Positions 1-11,330 of a DNA stretch of 64,000 nucleotides are shown in pieces. Within the stretch, counting starts at the first letter, position 1, and every line of letters begins with the position of its first letter. The notes under the pieces are model-generated. The model worked only from the letters and a program-made list of their open reading frames with translations. It ran no database searches and was not told the origin of the DNA. The stretch spans positions 1 to 64,000 of the forward strand of contig JAANOX010000132.1 of the NCBI GenBank assembly GCA_020184695.1, read 5' to 3'. The position numbers were made by a program, and so were the translations under genes. The stretch is from Histomonas meleagridis 2922-C6/04-290x (taxonomy: Eukaryota; Protista; Parabasalia).

Positions 1-547
1 GGCCTTCATCGCAGTGGACACGATCCGCTTCCATTCTTGTCTTCTTGACTAACTCGAATAACTGCGAGTTAGATATCATATGCCTTACAGATTCTAAAGT
101 TAGAATCATTTCGAAAGCATTAAAAACGATATTAACTATTCTTTGTATTGTGCATGGGGTCTTCTGGTTATATTGTGGAGAAATGTAACTACTTAATCTT
201 TCCATTTGTTGATCATTAAGTAAAAATGGACGCCCAACAATTCCAGCTTGTCCATTCCATCTGCAATAAGAACTTATTACATTGGTAATCTTTGTTTAGA
301 TACACCAAAAATCTTCCCAATGTCTGACATCGAAAGTTTAGGTTCTCTTTCTTTTCCATAATAATAGAGGTTATATATTATGCTCACGCTTTGAGGATGC
401 ATTAGAGTTCCATTGTAATATTTCATATGCAATCTTTGCTTTGTCCGGACCCACTACCCCAAGGTCTAATTGATCAAAAGTACACGGCTTCTCAAGAATG
501 CCTCTGCTGTGTGGAACCTGAAAGTATTCTTCGGGTTTCTCTAGCAT
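1..547 (-). mobile_element. Degenerate DDE (Tc5/pogo-like) transposase remnant, frameshifted, runs off the window start
   Basis: Minus-strand pieces in different frames read YYYGKEREPKLSMSDIGKIFGVSKQ (HTH-like), GRPFLLNDQQMERL...PCTIQRIV...TLESVRHMI and RMEADRVHCDE. These resemble parabasalid DDE transposase N-termini as recalled. In-frame stops and frameshifts are present. Confidence 0.45.
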
Positions 548-1113
548 CCGAACATTTAATGAAGTGAAAAAACGCTAGGAGATTTTGATCGTATCACAAA
601 TTTTGAATGCATCGATTTCAATTTTTAACTTTTTCAAGACTTTGTCAATGGTAATTTGTCACAGTCAACGGGGTTTTTGCTGTAACTCTAAAATACTTAC
701 TGTTGAAATATAATTTTTGGAAATTATGGCTACTGAACTGACATTACCATACACACACCACAACATATGCAATTAACATCTATTATCAACCCCACCTCAA
801 CCACAAGCAACATTCGCCACATACACAAGTACCGTCCACTCACATTTTCAATCCAATATGGATTGTTTCAATTCTCAAATATTTGCATACTTAATCAAAA
901 CTTCATAAAGACCGTGTATTATTTGTGGGCGAACAAACAAGATGAAATTTTTCAAAATATCCATTTCAGTCATTACAACCCTCAGGTCCAAAAGCGTTCC
1001 ATTTGCATCTTAAGTAAAAAGAACCTACATTTCATATGATTTAAAACTTATTTGCGAAGTTGTAAATTTACTAAAACAAACAAACACCAAAAAGTGACAA
1101 GTTGAACTCTGTT

Positions 1114-2031
1114 TTAAAAATATATGTTGTCGAGCTGATTTAATTTTTCTTTCGCTTGAATTATTTTTTTTCTTAAATCACTCTCCATGTTCTTCGGGTT
1201 CTCTGTTGCTTTCGTTTTAATTTCTTGTTTCATAATCGATGATTCAGTTTGAAATTGCGCTTCAGTTTCTTTCAACATTAAGTTTATTTCTTTAATCTTT
1301 TCTTCTACTTGTAAGCATTGGATGTTAACTGAGTCTTTTGATCGATCAAAAAAGGTTTTTAATGAATCTACATTGGATGATGGTTGATTTAAAATTAAGT
1401 TTGCTACTAATTTTGCTCGGGCGATATCTAAGTTCAGCTTTTGGGATGTTAATGAAAATGTTGTTGAAATTTCGGTTGACCAGTTATCAATAATTTCATT
1501 AATATCTGATAAAAGCAAATCATTTTCTTGTGGGAAAGAAGAAACAAATTCGGTTAAATCTGAGAAAGATTCTTTTTGCTTTTTAAATTTTTCTGAGGCT
1601 TTTTGCAAATTTATTGTATTCAAAGATAATTTCTTGTTCAACTCTTTGTAATTTTCTTTAACACGTGAAACAGACTGATTGAATTGCTGTTTCCATGTTG
1701 CTAATGTTTTTGATAATGGCATAATTGAAGACGGAATTTGATGGTCAAGAAAATCAGAAATTTTATCATTAATGCTACCTACTTCTTTATTTAAAGATTC
1801 AACACCGGTAAGATTTATATGTGTCTTTATGTCATTGATTTTCTGTGATAAATCATAATTTTGTTTAGATGTTTGTAACAATAAATTTTGCGCTGGTTGT
1901 TCGATGGCATGCAACCTAATTTCAAGTTCGCGTAAAATTTCTTGGATATCTTGTGAATTTTGTTTAATTTGAAATTGTTTTTGTAACGTATTTTTAACGG
2001 CTCCTATATGAACAAAAAGTGAATTAAACAT
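1114..2031 (-). CDS. Hypothetical coiled-coil protein
   Basis: About 305-codon ORF with heptad-like L/I/K/Q/E composition. First ATG at 2031; the track start at 2037 is TTG. Confidence 0.65.
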   Translation of the reverse strand: MFNSLFVHIGAVKNTLQKQFQIKQNSQDIQEILRELEIRLHAIEQPAQNLLLQTSKQNYDLSQKINDIKTHINLTGVESLNKEVGSINDKISDFLDHQIPSSIMPLSKTLATWKQQFNQSVSRVKENYKELNKKLSLNTINLQKASEKFKKQKESFSDLTEFVSSFPQENDLLLSDINEIIDNWSTEISTTFSLTSQKLNLDIARAKLVANLILNQPSSNVDSLKTFFDRSKDSVNIQCLQVEEKIKEINLMLKETEAQFQTESSIMKQEIKTKATENPKNMESDLRKKIIQAKEKLNQLDNIYF

Positions 2032-2048
2032 CTTCAATTTGTTGTTAC

Positions 2049-3629
2049 ATGGTGTTTTTATACTTTTTATTTACATTTCTGAATATCGCGATTCCAAACT
2101 CCAATGAAACTCTAGTTATTGAAAATGATGATGAAATTCTCGAAGGAGAATATTCTAATTTCAAATCACAAACCAAAACACTCATTATTTCCACAGGAGT
2201 ATCTAAAGTTGGTGAGAACGCCTTTTATGAATGGTCTAACCTTACCACTGTTCAAGTTTCTGATAGTGTTTCAATAATTGGAAATTATTCATTTTACCAT
2301 TGTTACAATTTGAAGACAATTCAAATTGGAAATAATGTAAGCTCCATTGGTGGTTCTGCATTTGAGTCATGTTATAATCTCACTGAAGTCACAATACCAA
2401 GTTCAGTCAAATTTATTGGTCAATGGATATTTTATTCCTGCTCTAATCTTTATTTTGTTGTAATTAGGGGAAACCTAGAAACTATTGCAAGTGGTGCCTT
2501 TGAGTCATGTATAAGTCTTACTAACATTGTTATTCCAAATTCTGTTACAACTATTGGTTCTTCTGCATTTTATTCCTGTTTTAAGCTCAAGAGCATAACC
2601 ATTCCCAACTCAGTGACTTCCATCGAAGACTTTACATTTTGTGATTGTGCAAATTTAGAAACTGTAACAATTGGCGAGAAAGTCAAAACCATTGGCGATT
2701 ATTCATTTAGTTCGTGTACCAAATTGGGAGTCATCATAATTCCTAATTCCGTCACCACCATCACGTCATCGTTCGTTGATTGCATTTCACTTCATCAAGT
2801 TACATTTGGCGAAAGTCTTAAAATGATTGGTAACTTAGCATTTTGTTGTTGCTTTAAGTTATCTAAAGTTATTATCCCAAATTCCGTTTCATATATCGAT
2901 GACTATTCATTTTATATGTGTTATGACTTATCCAATCTTACAATCGGCGAAAACGTCGAAAAGATTGGCGAAGCAGCGTTCCAACTCTGCTCCATGTTAA
3001 CATATGTCTATATTCCAAAGTCAGTAAGTGAAATTAGATCTAATCCATTTGTTTCATGTCAAAATCTTCAACGAATTGAAGTTTCATCCGAAAATATGCA
3101 CTATGCCAATTATATGAACAATGGAATTCTTTATGATAAAAACATTTTAACAATAGTTAGTTATCCAGTCGCATTAAAAAATGCAACATTCGATATCCCT
3201 AGCTCAGTGGAAACTATTGGAGGATATTGTTTTTATCAATGTACTTCTCTTTCGACAATTAGAATTGGTGGAAACGTCACAAAAATTAGCGAAAGAGCAT
3301 TCGATTCTTGTTCAAATTTGATCTGTATTTATTTTTATGGGTCTGAAGTGACATTTGGTTATAGCCCTTTCGGATCGGTGCCGGCAAAAACCGTTTATGT
3401 GAGTGAGCAATATCAAGGCGAAACTTTCGATGTGTTACCAATAAAAAAGGGTTTCCAAGAATGCCCAAAATCTGATGAAAAGAAAATGAGCGATTCGTTG
3501 TTCTTCTTCCTTGTAATTGGTGTACCAGTGATAGCGATTGTTGGTATTGTGCTCATAATAATGTTGTTCGTTTGGATACGAAGAAAAGCAAAAGGCGACT
3601 ACATTGATATTCCTTCATTAACACAGTGA
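2049..3629 (+). CDS. BspA-like (TpLRR/LRR_5) surface protein with signal peptide and C-terminal TM helix
   Basis: Repeats of IPNSVTxIGxxAFxxCxxL, hydrophobic N-terminus, TM segment LFFFLVIGVPVIAIVGIVLIIMLFVWI, and tail RRKAKGDYIDI (YxxPhi-like). Confidence 0.92.
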   Translation: MVFLYFLFTFLNIAIPNSNETLVIENDDEILEGEYSNFKSQTKTLIISTGVSKVGENAFYEWSNLTTVQVSDSVSIIGNYSFYHCYNLKTIQIGNNVSSIGGSAFESCYNLTEVTIPSSVKFIGQWIFYSCSNLYFVVIRGNLETIASGAFESCISLTNIVIPNSVTTIGSSAFYSCFKLKSITIPNSVTSIEDFTFCDCANLETVTIGEKVKTIGDYSFSSCTKLGVIIIPNSVTTITSSFVDCISLHQVTFGESLKMIGNLAFCCCFKLSKVIIPNSVSYIDDYSFYMCYDLSNLTIGENVEKIGEAAFQLCSMLTYVYIPKSVSEIRSNPFVSCQNLQRIEVSSENMHYANYMNNGILYDKNILTIVSYPVALKNATFDIPSSVETIGGYCFYQCTSLSTIRIGGNVTKISERAFDSCSNLICIYFYGSEVTFGYSPFGSVPAKTVYVSEQYQGETFDVLPIKKGFQECPKSDEKKMSDSLFFFLVIGVPVIAIVGIVLIIMLFVWIRRKAKGDYIDIPSLTQ

Positions 3630-4064
3630 AAATGTAACATTAGATCTTTGAGCTAATGTTGATTTATTAGTTATTTTACTAAAAATAAGTGTTTCTGATT
3701 TGCGAAATACATTTAAAGTTTTGTTGGTGCAAGAGAAAATAAAAATGTTAAAGAATTTATTAAAATTAATGTTTGATTTCGGAACTATATGTAATGTAAT
3801 AATATTCTATAATGTCTAACATGCAATTTATCAGCATAGTAATGATATATGTATATGTGTTCCACTAAAAATCATTTTTTCTAAAGTCAAAATCAAATTT
3901 TAAATTATATCATTAAAATGTTTTATTAGAAACAAAATGCTATTAATATGCAGCAAGGGTTTGTCAGAAAAAGAAATAAAATGCTTATGTAGAAGCCTCA
4001 TTAACCAAATTTGAATGTTTTTTGTTGATTTTGCTATAGAACGGTTTATACGTTTGGAAAAGGG

Positions 4065-7000
4065 ATGAGCAGCCTTTGGGATTTTTCCATACTTCTCTCA
4101 AAGTTCGATGAACAAATTCCTCACGAAATAGACACAAACGGGAAGTATGAAGAAATTTCGGAAAAACTTAAAACTGAACTTGATGAAATTTCAAGACAAA
4201 TTGCACTTCTTGATTCAAATGATACATCTGTACTCAATGATTTACATCTCCTTACGCCTCCAACAAATTTCAAACCAGAGACTGATACTATCAAGAAAGA
4301 AAATGAATCTATCCTACCTAAATTGGAATATAAGCCTATTCAAGTAAGCACATCAGCTCAACCGTCTGGCACCAACACTCCAAGAATAAAAAAGCCACTC
4401 CAACTTAAGCCAAAGAAAATCATTAAACCACAAAAAAGTATTCCAAAAACACCACAGGTTATATTTAAAGCCACTCCAAATCAACTACAAGTTATCAATT
4501 TTTCACCACATATTGAATACACCATGAAATTTACACTTCAAAACATCTCAGCATATCCCCAAGGATTTCAAATTCGCGGTCCTTCAAATCCAGTTTTTCG
4601 CTTTAAAATCATTGAGAATGTTAAAAATGCACAAATTCTTCCAGGGCTTCATATTACTTTTGAAGTTTATTTTTTACCAACAGATCTTCATGATTACGAT
4701 GACTCATTTATAATTACACCTTGTAACAACGACCAACCAACAGTTATTCCTATTCATTGTTATCGTGAACCACCACAATTACAAATACCAGATATTGTAG
4801 ATCTTCAATCGGCATTAATTTATTCATCTAAAACATGTGCATTTACAATTGTTAATAAAGGCGGAAATGGACATTTTTCATTTCAATCCACAAATGGTAA
4901 AGAAGAATCACTTATTTTCATTGATGGTCCTTTTTCACTTATTCCATCGCAATTTCAACTAAATCATAATGAATCAATTGAAATAAACATTAAATTTAAA
5001 CCATTACAAGAAGGAGAACATTCTTCTTCATTTGAAATAATAACAAAAGATTTCCCACAAAAATTTAATTTCGTTATTAAAGGAAATGCAACTAAACCTC
5101 TTTTAAAGTTTGATGTTTGTGATGAAGATATATTATTTATACCATTTTTACCTTCGGATGTTAATAAAACGAAAACAATTGATATAATTAATAAATCTGA
5201 TGTTTCTTATCCATATTATATTCAACTAATTAAACCGAGAGAAAGTAAAAATAATTTAAAAATTTTATATCCGGAATATTTTATCAGTAATAAAACAAAT
5301 AATTCCGCATTTAATATTTCACCTGTTTCTGGTTTAATTGGAGCATGTGAAACAATAAAAATAAATATAAAATTTTCACCATTAAATTATGGATTTTATG
5401 AAACAAAATTAGTAATATTTGTAAATAGAATACCTAATGAATCTGGTGTTTTATCATCCAAGAAAATGTTAACAATTATTTTAGAAGGTTCAACTGGTCA
5501 TCCAAATATTTCAATATTTCCTCCTTTAATAATATTTAATAATGTTATTCCATATTCAGAAAATACACAAACAATCGAAATACAAAATGATTCGAATGTA
5601 AAAGTTAATCTTCAATTAAATGAAACAAAATTTATTACATCTTCTAAAAATACATTTGAAATTGAATCAAAAGAAAAACAATTTATAGACTTACAATATA
5701 ATTTAACAGAACAAATGCAAAATATTTCAACACAAAACATTTCTCTTATTAATAATGTTAATTGGCCATTAATATTAATGAATAATAATAATTCAAATTA
5801 TTCAAAACAATTATTTTTAAATAATTTTAATATTATTGATGATTTATCATATCAAATTGATCCAAACATTTCTTTTAATTTTAAATATTTTGCACATATT
5901 TCTCTTCCTAAACTAATAATTGATCCCCCAACACTTGATTTTGGTTATGTATTAATTGGAACAAATTCTATTCAAACAATTAAATTAAAAAATCCATTTT
6001 CTTCACCAATTGGATTTAATATTATATATCCAAATTTGACTGAATGGAATATTAATGAAATCAATGGAACAGTTTATGATGAATATCTTATAAATGTTGA
6101 ACTTAAATATATGAACTCAACTTCTATATCAGAAATAATTACTATTTATACATTTTGGGTTGATAATGAATTAAAACAAATTAAATCAATGCCAACAACA
6201 TTTTATGATATTCCTGTTTATGCTATTATTGATAGGCCAATTATTGAAATTAAAAATAGAATTATTGATATTGGAGAAATATTTCCCTCAATCGAATATT
6301 CAACTTGTATCCAAATAAGTCTTTTAAATGATTTCCCAACAGATTTCGAAATAATCGATTATTTATATGAAGGTCAAAAAGAAGAAGAAAATGTTAAAAA
6401 AGAAGAAAATATTCCACTTAATATAATCAAAGGAAATGTTAAAGCTTCTTCAATGGTACAAATTTCTCCTGATACACTTCATATTTATGATCCTATTCAT
6501 CGACCTTCAACGCAAATGAATTTACAGCCAACAATTAAAACAAATGATAAAAATGATAATAATAATAATGAAATGATCTTTGAAAGAGAAATCTGTGAAT
6601 TGTCAAAGAGTAGACCTTCGAAAGGTCATTTAAATATTGGAGAATCAATTAATATTAATGTAAATTTAATGTTTAGTGAACTTGGTAAGCGTTTAATGCC
6701 AATTATTATTAAAGTTTTTGATATTTCTTATACATGTGTTGTTTTATCACATGTTAATCCACCTAAAATACATTTATTAGATGAGAAAATTGATTTTTCT
6801 TCTGATTTCGTAATATGTAAACAATCTAATTCGAATATTCGAATAAGAAATGAAAGTGGAATTTCATCTACAATTCAAATAGAAGTTGTTGATGATTGTA
6901 ATGGAGTGTTTAAACTTGAAAATGATCAAATGGAAACAATTCATGCTAATGAAACAAAACAAATTCCAATTTCATGTTATTCCGAAATTCATGGCGAATA

Positions 7001-7721
7001 TAATGGTAAATTAAAGTTAATTATACGCGATTATTGGCAGTATAAAACAATGCCAATTCTTCTGCACGTAAAAGCACTTGGAAGTTTCTTTAATTTTCAA
7101 AAGCATACACTTGGCTATACCGTTGATGATGTTTATGGAGATTACGTTTCATTCGGTAAACAAATTAAAGTTAAAGGTGAAAAAATTATTCGAAGAATTG
7201 CATTGGAAAATTTCTCGAGCGAATCAATAGTTGTCGAGTGGAAAATTTATGGATTAGAAAGCAAAAAAATAATAAATGAAAACAATTTAGAAGTCAAAAA
7301 CGAAACAGATTTAAATAATAATCAAAATGAAAATGAATTAAATGTACAAAATGAAAACGATTCAGAAATCAAAAACGAAAACAGTATCAATAATAATCAA
7401 AATGAAAATAATATAAATAATAATCAAAATGAAAATAATTTAAATAATAATCAAAATGAAAACAATTTGGATGTCAAAAATGAAACTGATATAAATAATG
7501 AACAAAATGGAAACAATTTGGAAGATAAAACAGAAAATGATTTAGCAGCTCTTCCGTGTCCATTTAAGTTGTCAACTGATAAAACCATAATCAAGTCACA
7601 TGGGAAAACTATTGTAATTGTGGAGTTTGTGCCTAAAGAAAAAGGAGAGTTCAGAGGATTACTGACGGTAAGAAGTGGTGAATTTATTCACAAATTAAGA
7701 TTAGAAGCAACTTGCGTTTAA
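4065..7721 (+). CDS. DLEC1/CFAP81-like ciliary protein with tandem ASH (Hydin-type) Ig-like domains
   Basis: 1218 aa. Repeated Ig-like motifs (ILPGLHITFEVYFLP, YREPPQLQIPDIVDL, FTIVNKGGNGHF, LDFGYVLIG) and an Asn-rich insert near the C-terminus. Confidence 0.65.
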   Translation: MSSLWDFSILLSKFDEQIPHEIDTNGKYEEISEKLKTELDEISRQIALLDSNDTSVLNDLHLLTPPTNFKPETDTIKKENESILPKLEYKPIQVSTSAQPSGTNTPRIKKPLQLKPKKIIKPQKSIPKTPQVIFKATPNQLQVINFSPHIEYTMKFTLQNISAYPQGFQIRGPSNPVFRFKIIENVKNAQILPGLHITFEVYFLPTDLHDYDDSFIITPCNNDQPTVIPIHCYREPPQLQIPDIVDLQSALIYSSKTCAFTIVNKGGNGHFSFQSTNGKEESLIFIDGPFSLIPSQFQLNHNESIEINIKFKPLQEGEHSSSFEIITKDFPQKFNFVIKGNATKPLLKFDVCDEDILFIPFLPSDVNKTKTIDIINKSDVSYPYYIQLIKPRESKNNLKILYPEYFISNKTNNSAFNISPVSGLIGACETIKINIKFSPLNYGFYETKLVIFVNRIPNESGVLSSKKMLTIILEGSTGHPNISIFPPLIIFNNVIPYSENTQTIEIQNDSNVKVNLQLNETKFITSSKNTFEIESKEKQFIDLQYNLTEQMQNISTQNISLINNVNWPLILMNNNNSNYSKQLFLNNFNIIDDLSYQIDPNISFNFKYFAHISLPKLIIDPPTLDFGYVLIGTNSIQTIKLKNPFSSPIGFNIIYPNLTEWNINEINGTVYDEYLINVELKYMNSTSISEIITIYTFWVDNELKQIKSMPTTFYDIPVYAIIDRPIIEIKNRIIDIGEIFPSIEYSTCIQISLLNDFPTDFEIIDYLYEGQKEEENVKKEENIPLNIIKGNVKASSMVQISPDTLHIYDPIHRPSTQMNLQPTIKTNDKNDNNNNEMIFEREICELSKSRPSKGHLNIGESININVNLMFSELGKRLMPIIIKVFDISYTCVVLSHVNPPKIHLLDEKIDFSSDFVICKQSNSNIRIRNESGISSTIQIEVVDDCNGVFKLENDQMETIHANETKQIPISCYSEIHGEYNGKLKLIIRDYWQYKTMPILLHVKALGSFFNFQKHTLGYTVDDVYGDYVSFGKQIKVKGEKIIRRIALENFSSESIVVEWKIYGLESKKIINENNLEVKNETDLNNNQNENELNVQNENDSEIKNENSINNNQNENNINNNQNENNLNNNQNENNLDVKNETDINNEQNGNNLEDKTENDLAALPCPFKLSTDKTIIKSHGKTIVIVEFVPKEKGEFRGLLTVRSGEFIHKLRLEATCV
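7275..7545 (+). repeat. Imperfect coding repeat (NNNQNEN / NETD units)
   Basis: Tandem aataataatcaaaatgaaaa-like units inside the DLEC1-like CDS. Confidence 0.8.
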
Positions 7722-8131
7722 AATTTGTTGTAAAAATTATTTTTCTTGGTAAATTTTTTTTTGTTGCATAAAACTGTAATGGAATAATAAATAGAGTTCA
7801 TGAACCATGGTTTGAAAGAAAAACACTTAACATAGTGAAAATATCCCTTGATGGAAAGAAGCTATTTATCTAATATAATTTTAAATATAAAGACACCTTG
7901 AAAAACTGTCTACTTTCATACAACTACGAATAATTGCTTGGGAAATATATATATATAATGATCTTTGTGCTAAAAGGTATTTACTACCTAAAATGCAGAA
8001 GATTTTAACTATTACTATTGCATTAAATTGGAAGATAAAAACAATAGCCTTTAAACATATGATTTTTTAAGAAGGCATTGTGAATGAAATACAATGATAT
8101 TATTTCATATTTAATCAGAAAACATGGTATT

Positions 8132-8156
8132 TATATATATATATATATATATATAT
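8132..8156. repeat. (TA)n microsatellite
   Basis: About 12 TA units in an intergenic region. Confidence 0.9.
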
Positions 8157-8510
8157 GCTTTTTTTATAGGTTGAAAAAAGCTATTCTGAATTACATTCTT
8201 ATCAAGGTAGACAGCTTTTCAATGCATCTATATATGTGAAATTTATTTTATATGAAAAATCTGAATGATAAATATTTTTAAGTTAAGAACAAATGAAGAT
8301 TTTATAGAATAACTTTATGTTGTAACCACAATACAAAATTAAAAGAAATAAAACACGACATTAAACTTCTCTACACATGTATAATTTATTAAATAAGACA
8401 TAAAATTTTAAAACAGAAATTAATTTGCTTTCCTAATTATAGACTATGACCAATAATGTCATTATGGATACTTCAAATTAAATACCTTAAAAATTTAACA
8501 ACAAACTTCA

Positions 8511-9206
8511 TTATTTCTCAAGAGGAGGCGGCTGGAGCAGAAGGGTTTCGTAGTCAACGATTCCAAGGAGTTCCTCTTCCCTTTCTTCAATAATCCCAAC
8601 AAAGAGTTGACCTCTAAATGTATTATAAACATAACCCTCTGCTTTGTCTGGAAGTTCCACAGTGTCTCCAACAAGTATCCTGTTTCCGTCCTTGTCATAA
8701 CATGAGTTGTCATCCTTATAAACAGAAATAATTGTATCAGGTGAAATCATATGTTTCTTGCCTCGATAATCATATGAAGTTGCATAAACATATTCATCAT
8801 TTTCTGTGGGTTTAATTGTAATCACATAAATTTCATTATCACGAGTTTCAATGATATCACCAATTCTTAAGCTGGTCATATCAACTATAGAGGGAAATTC
8901 TGTTTGAAGAGAAGTATCGTAAAATTGTGGGTTTTTTATGTTTTCAAGGGAAAAAAATATTTTGTTGATTTCATTTTGATTTCCTTGTACAGGAATTGGT
9001 AGTGGATGCACTGAAACACGATCCTCTGTTACGTCATCTACTTTCATGAGCATTCCTGAGTATCTGTGTGATTCAGTTGTTGTGACAATATCTCCAATTT
9101 TATATTGATTTCTTGTTTCGACACATTGCAACTTTGTTGGAAATTCATTCATATCGCACAATGGAGGTTTCTTTGGTTTTTTCTTGGTGTGTTGTTCTGA
9201 ACTCAT
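8511..9206 (-). CDS. KOW-motif protein (Spt5 KOW-region-like)
   Basis: Three KOW-like motifs: YKIGDIVTT, LRIGDIIET, DKDGNRILVGDTVEL...GYV...FRGQLFV. Confidence 0.55.
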   Translation of the reverse strand: MSSEQHTKKKPKKPPLCDMNEFPTKLQCVETRNQYKIGDIVTTTESHRYSGMLMKVDDVTEDRVSVHPLPIPVQGNQNEINKIFFSLENIKNPQFYDTSLQTEFPSIVDMTSLRIGDIIETRDNEIYVITIKPTENDEYVYATSYDYRGKKHMISPDTIISVYKDDNSCYDKDGNRILVGDTVELPDKAEGYVYNTFRGQLFVGIIEEREEELLGIVDYETLLLQPPPLEK

Positions 9207-9844
9207 TTTTTGTTCTACTCAACAAAATTTCTGTTAAATATGTCATATTGTGACCATAGATTTTGAAAATATAAATCACATCGATGGACACCGATACAAA
9301 TTTTTCTTCTTTTTATCCAACAATTTAAACACATTCTGTATCAGGATGAAAAATTACTTCTGAATATTTTGATGCCTCTGAAAAAATTACCGTATCATTA
9401 TTTTATATATATAAACTTTTTTAGACTTTTCAAAAATATTGAAATTTAAGGAAGATGCATCTGTTCACAATGGAATTATTTCCACAGAATTACATAAAAA
9501 TTTAAAATTTGTTCATTTGCTAGAGGGCAGGTGGGCCAAATGAATAAAAAATATTCTTGGAACATAATAAATTGCAGTTACTGTTCCTTTTCAACATTGC
9601 CAATAATAATTATTTTAAAATGCCATCGCGTGTACTTGATGGGGCTATTCTAAGTCATCTTTTCATCAGACGATCGAATACTTCACCCACACATCCCCAT
9701 TGATCAAACAAAAACATAATTGATAGCACATTCATATAATTAATTTTTTATGAATTCATTCTTCAATTTCTCGTGCTCCAAAATCTCAATTTGAGTTTAA
9801 AAACAAAAATTTTATTGGTTTAATGATTTACTATAAAAATTTAT

Positions 9845-10972
9845 TTATTCAACAGCATTTAAATCACCATCGTACTCGTAAGCTGGGCAATGGTAACAAG
9901 GTGTTGACGAAATATACTTTACCGACTTCATCTTCAATCTCTTTATACCAATACAATAAATTGATTCATACACAGTATTCAACCCTATAAAAGCTGTGAA
10001 ATACCACAAAAACTTTCCGAAGCACGACCGTGTAAACTTATGAAATGTTGGCACTTTTCCTCCTGATGTTGCCAACAAAAACGGCTTCATGCCTTCGACG
10101 TAAGGCTCTGTAATGAGTGTGATATTGTTGGCAAGTGCACCCTTTTCTATTTCTTTGGCAGTCATCTGTTTTTTCAGTTCCTGAATATATGCTTTGAGAT
10201 CTTTGGTATATTTAAACTTGATTTTCGTTTTGACTAATATATATTTGTCGTGTGGAATATGAACAGGAGGACTTCGTTCTTCCCATGATACATATGGTGC
10301 TGCTTGTTGGAATGGAATTGTAAATATTGTGGTATGCTTCCCAGTTCTTTGATAGATGTGAACACCGCCTTTCAAGTGAATAACTGGTGGACTACGAAGA
10401 ATGGTGTTGATATAATTCTCAAACTCATCTTTTTCTAAACATCTTTCTGTCATGATTTGATATATAAACTTCGGATTCCGTGATGAACCACAGTTTGAAC
10501 AAAGTCCACAAACATTAGATAAGCAGGAAACAATGATAGCTAAAAATATTGGAAGAATAATAATTGGAATAAAATCCGGACCTTCATTCGAATTTACAGC
10601 ACAATATATGCCCATTATACATATTGACCAATAAGTACCTAACAGTAAATTAATAAAAACTGAAATTAATGGTGATCTGACTTTGTTACAACAAATCAAT
10701 GAGCATACGAAACAAAGTAAAACTGGTACAACAAAGCATGCCCAAATAATGAAATAATATGAACGAAAGTCGTAGCAGAGATTAATAGTTGTTAGGGAAA
10801 GGCATTCATAATTGCGACTTGAAACACGAAGGCAATATTCATTGCATGCCTCATGGTTTGGGCACATTCCATCTGTTGGTGCAACATAGTACTTGGAAGA
10901 GCTGAATGAAAGAAATATCGCAAGCATCTTCCCGTTCTTAAAAACGAATCCAATTGAATTTTTAAATTCCAT
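9845..10972 (-). CDS. Membrane protein, TMEM151-like
   Basis: Cys-rich N-terminus, three hydrophobic helices, then a soluble region with PPVIHL...W.E.S...K.KIKF. The start may be the second Met (MLAIF, 10927). Confidence 0.5.
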   Translation of the reverse strand: MEFKNSIGFVFKNGKMLAIFLSFSSSKYYVAPTDGMCPNHEACNEYCLRVSSRNYECLSLTTINLCYDFRSYYFIIWACFVVPVLLCFVCSLICCNKVRSPLISVFINLLLGTYWSICIMGIYCAVNSNEGPDFIPIIILPIFLAIIVSCLSNVCGLCSNCGSSRNPKFIYQIMTERCLEKDEFENYINTILRSPPVIHLKGGVHIYQRTGKHTTIFTIPFQQAAPYVSWEERSPPVHIPHDKYILVKTKIKFKYTKDLKAYIQELKKQMTAKEIEKGALANNITLITEPYVEGMKPFLLATSGGKVPTFHKFTRSCFGKFLWYFTAFIGLNTVYESIYCIGIKRLKMKSVKYISSTPCYHCPAYEYDGDLNAVE

Positions 10973-11330
10973 TTTTGAATGGTTTTCATTGGTTTACAAC
11001 TTTGATCGATAGTGAGTTATTTGAGTGGTAAAAAAATTTTGACTTTGAATAACTTGTTTTAAACGTAAAAAGGAAGTTAATACGATTTTTGGAACTGTTT
11101 CCATTTAGTTGTGCATAATAAACATAAATTTTCAAAAATTTTTTTTCATAAATTATGGGTTTTCCTATACGTGTTAAATACATTGCATTATTTATTTCAG
11201 TATCCATAAAAAGTCTTCTTATGAATTCCATTTTTGATAATTCCACACCAAAACAGAAAGAAATTAATCTTTCAAAACATTATAATATTAAAAAAAGATA
11301 TATATTAACACATTCTTTATAAAATTTAAC

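Noticed and set aside
767-1039. Track ORFs 767..1039, 10986..11246, 44253..44525, 44867..45061, 47696..47908, 59413..59796 and the many short antisense ORFs inside large genes
   Set aside because: They have low-complexity AT-driven composition, alternative start codons, or lie antisense to well-supported genes, and show no recognisable motifs.
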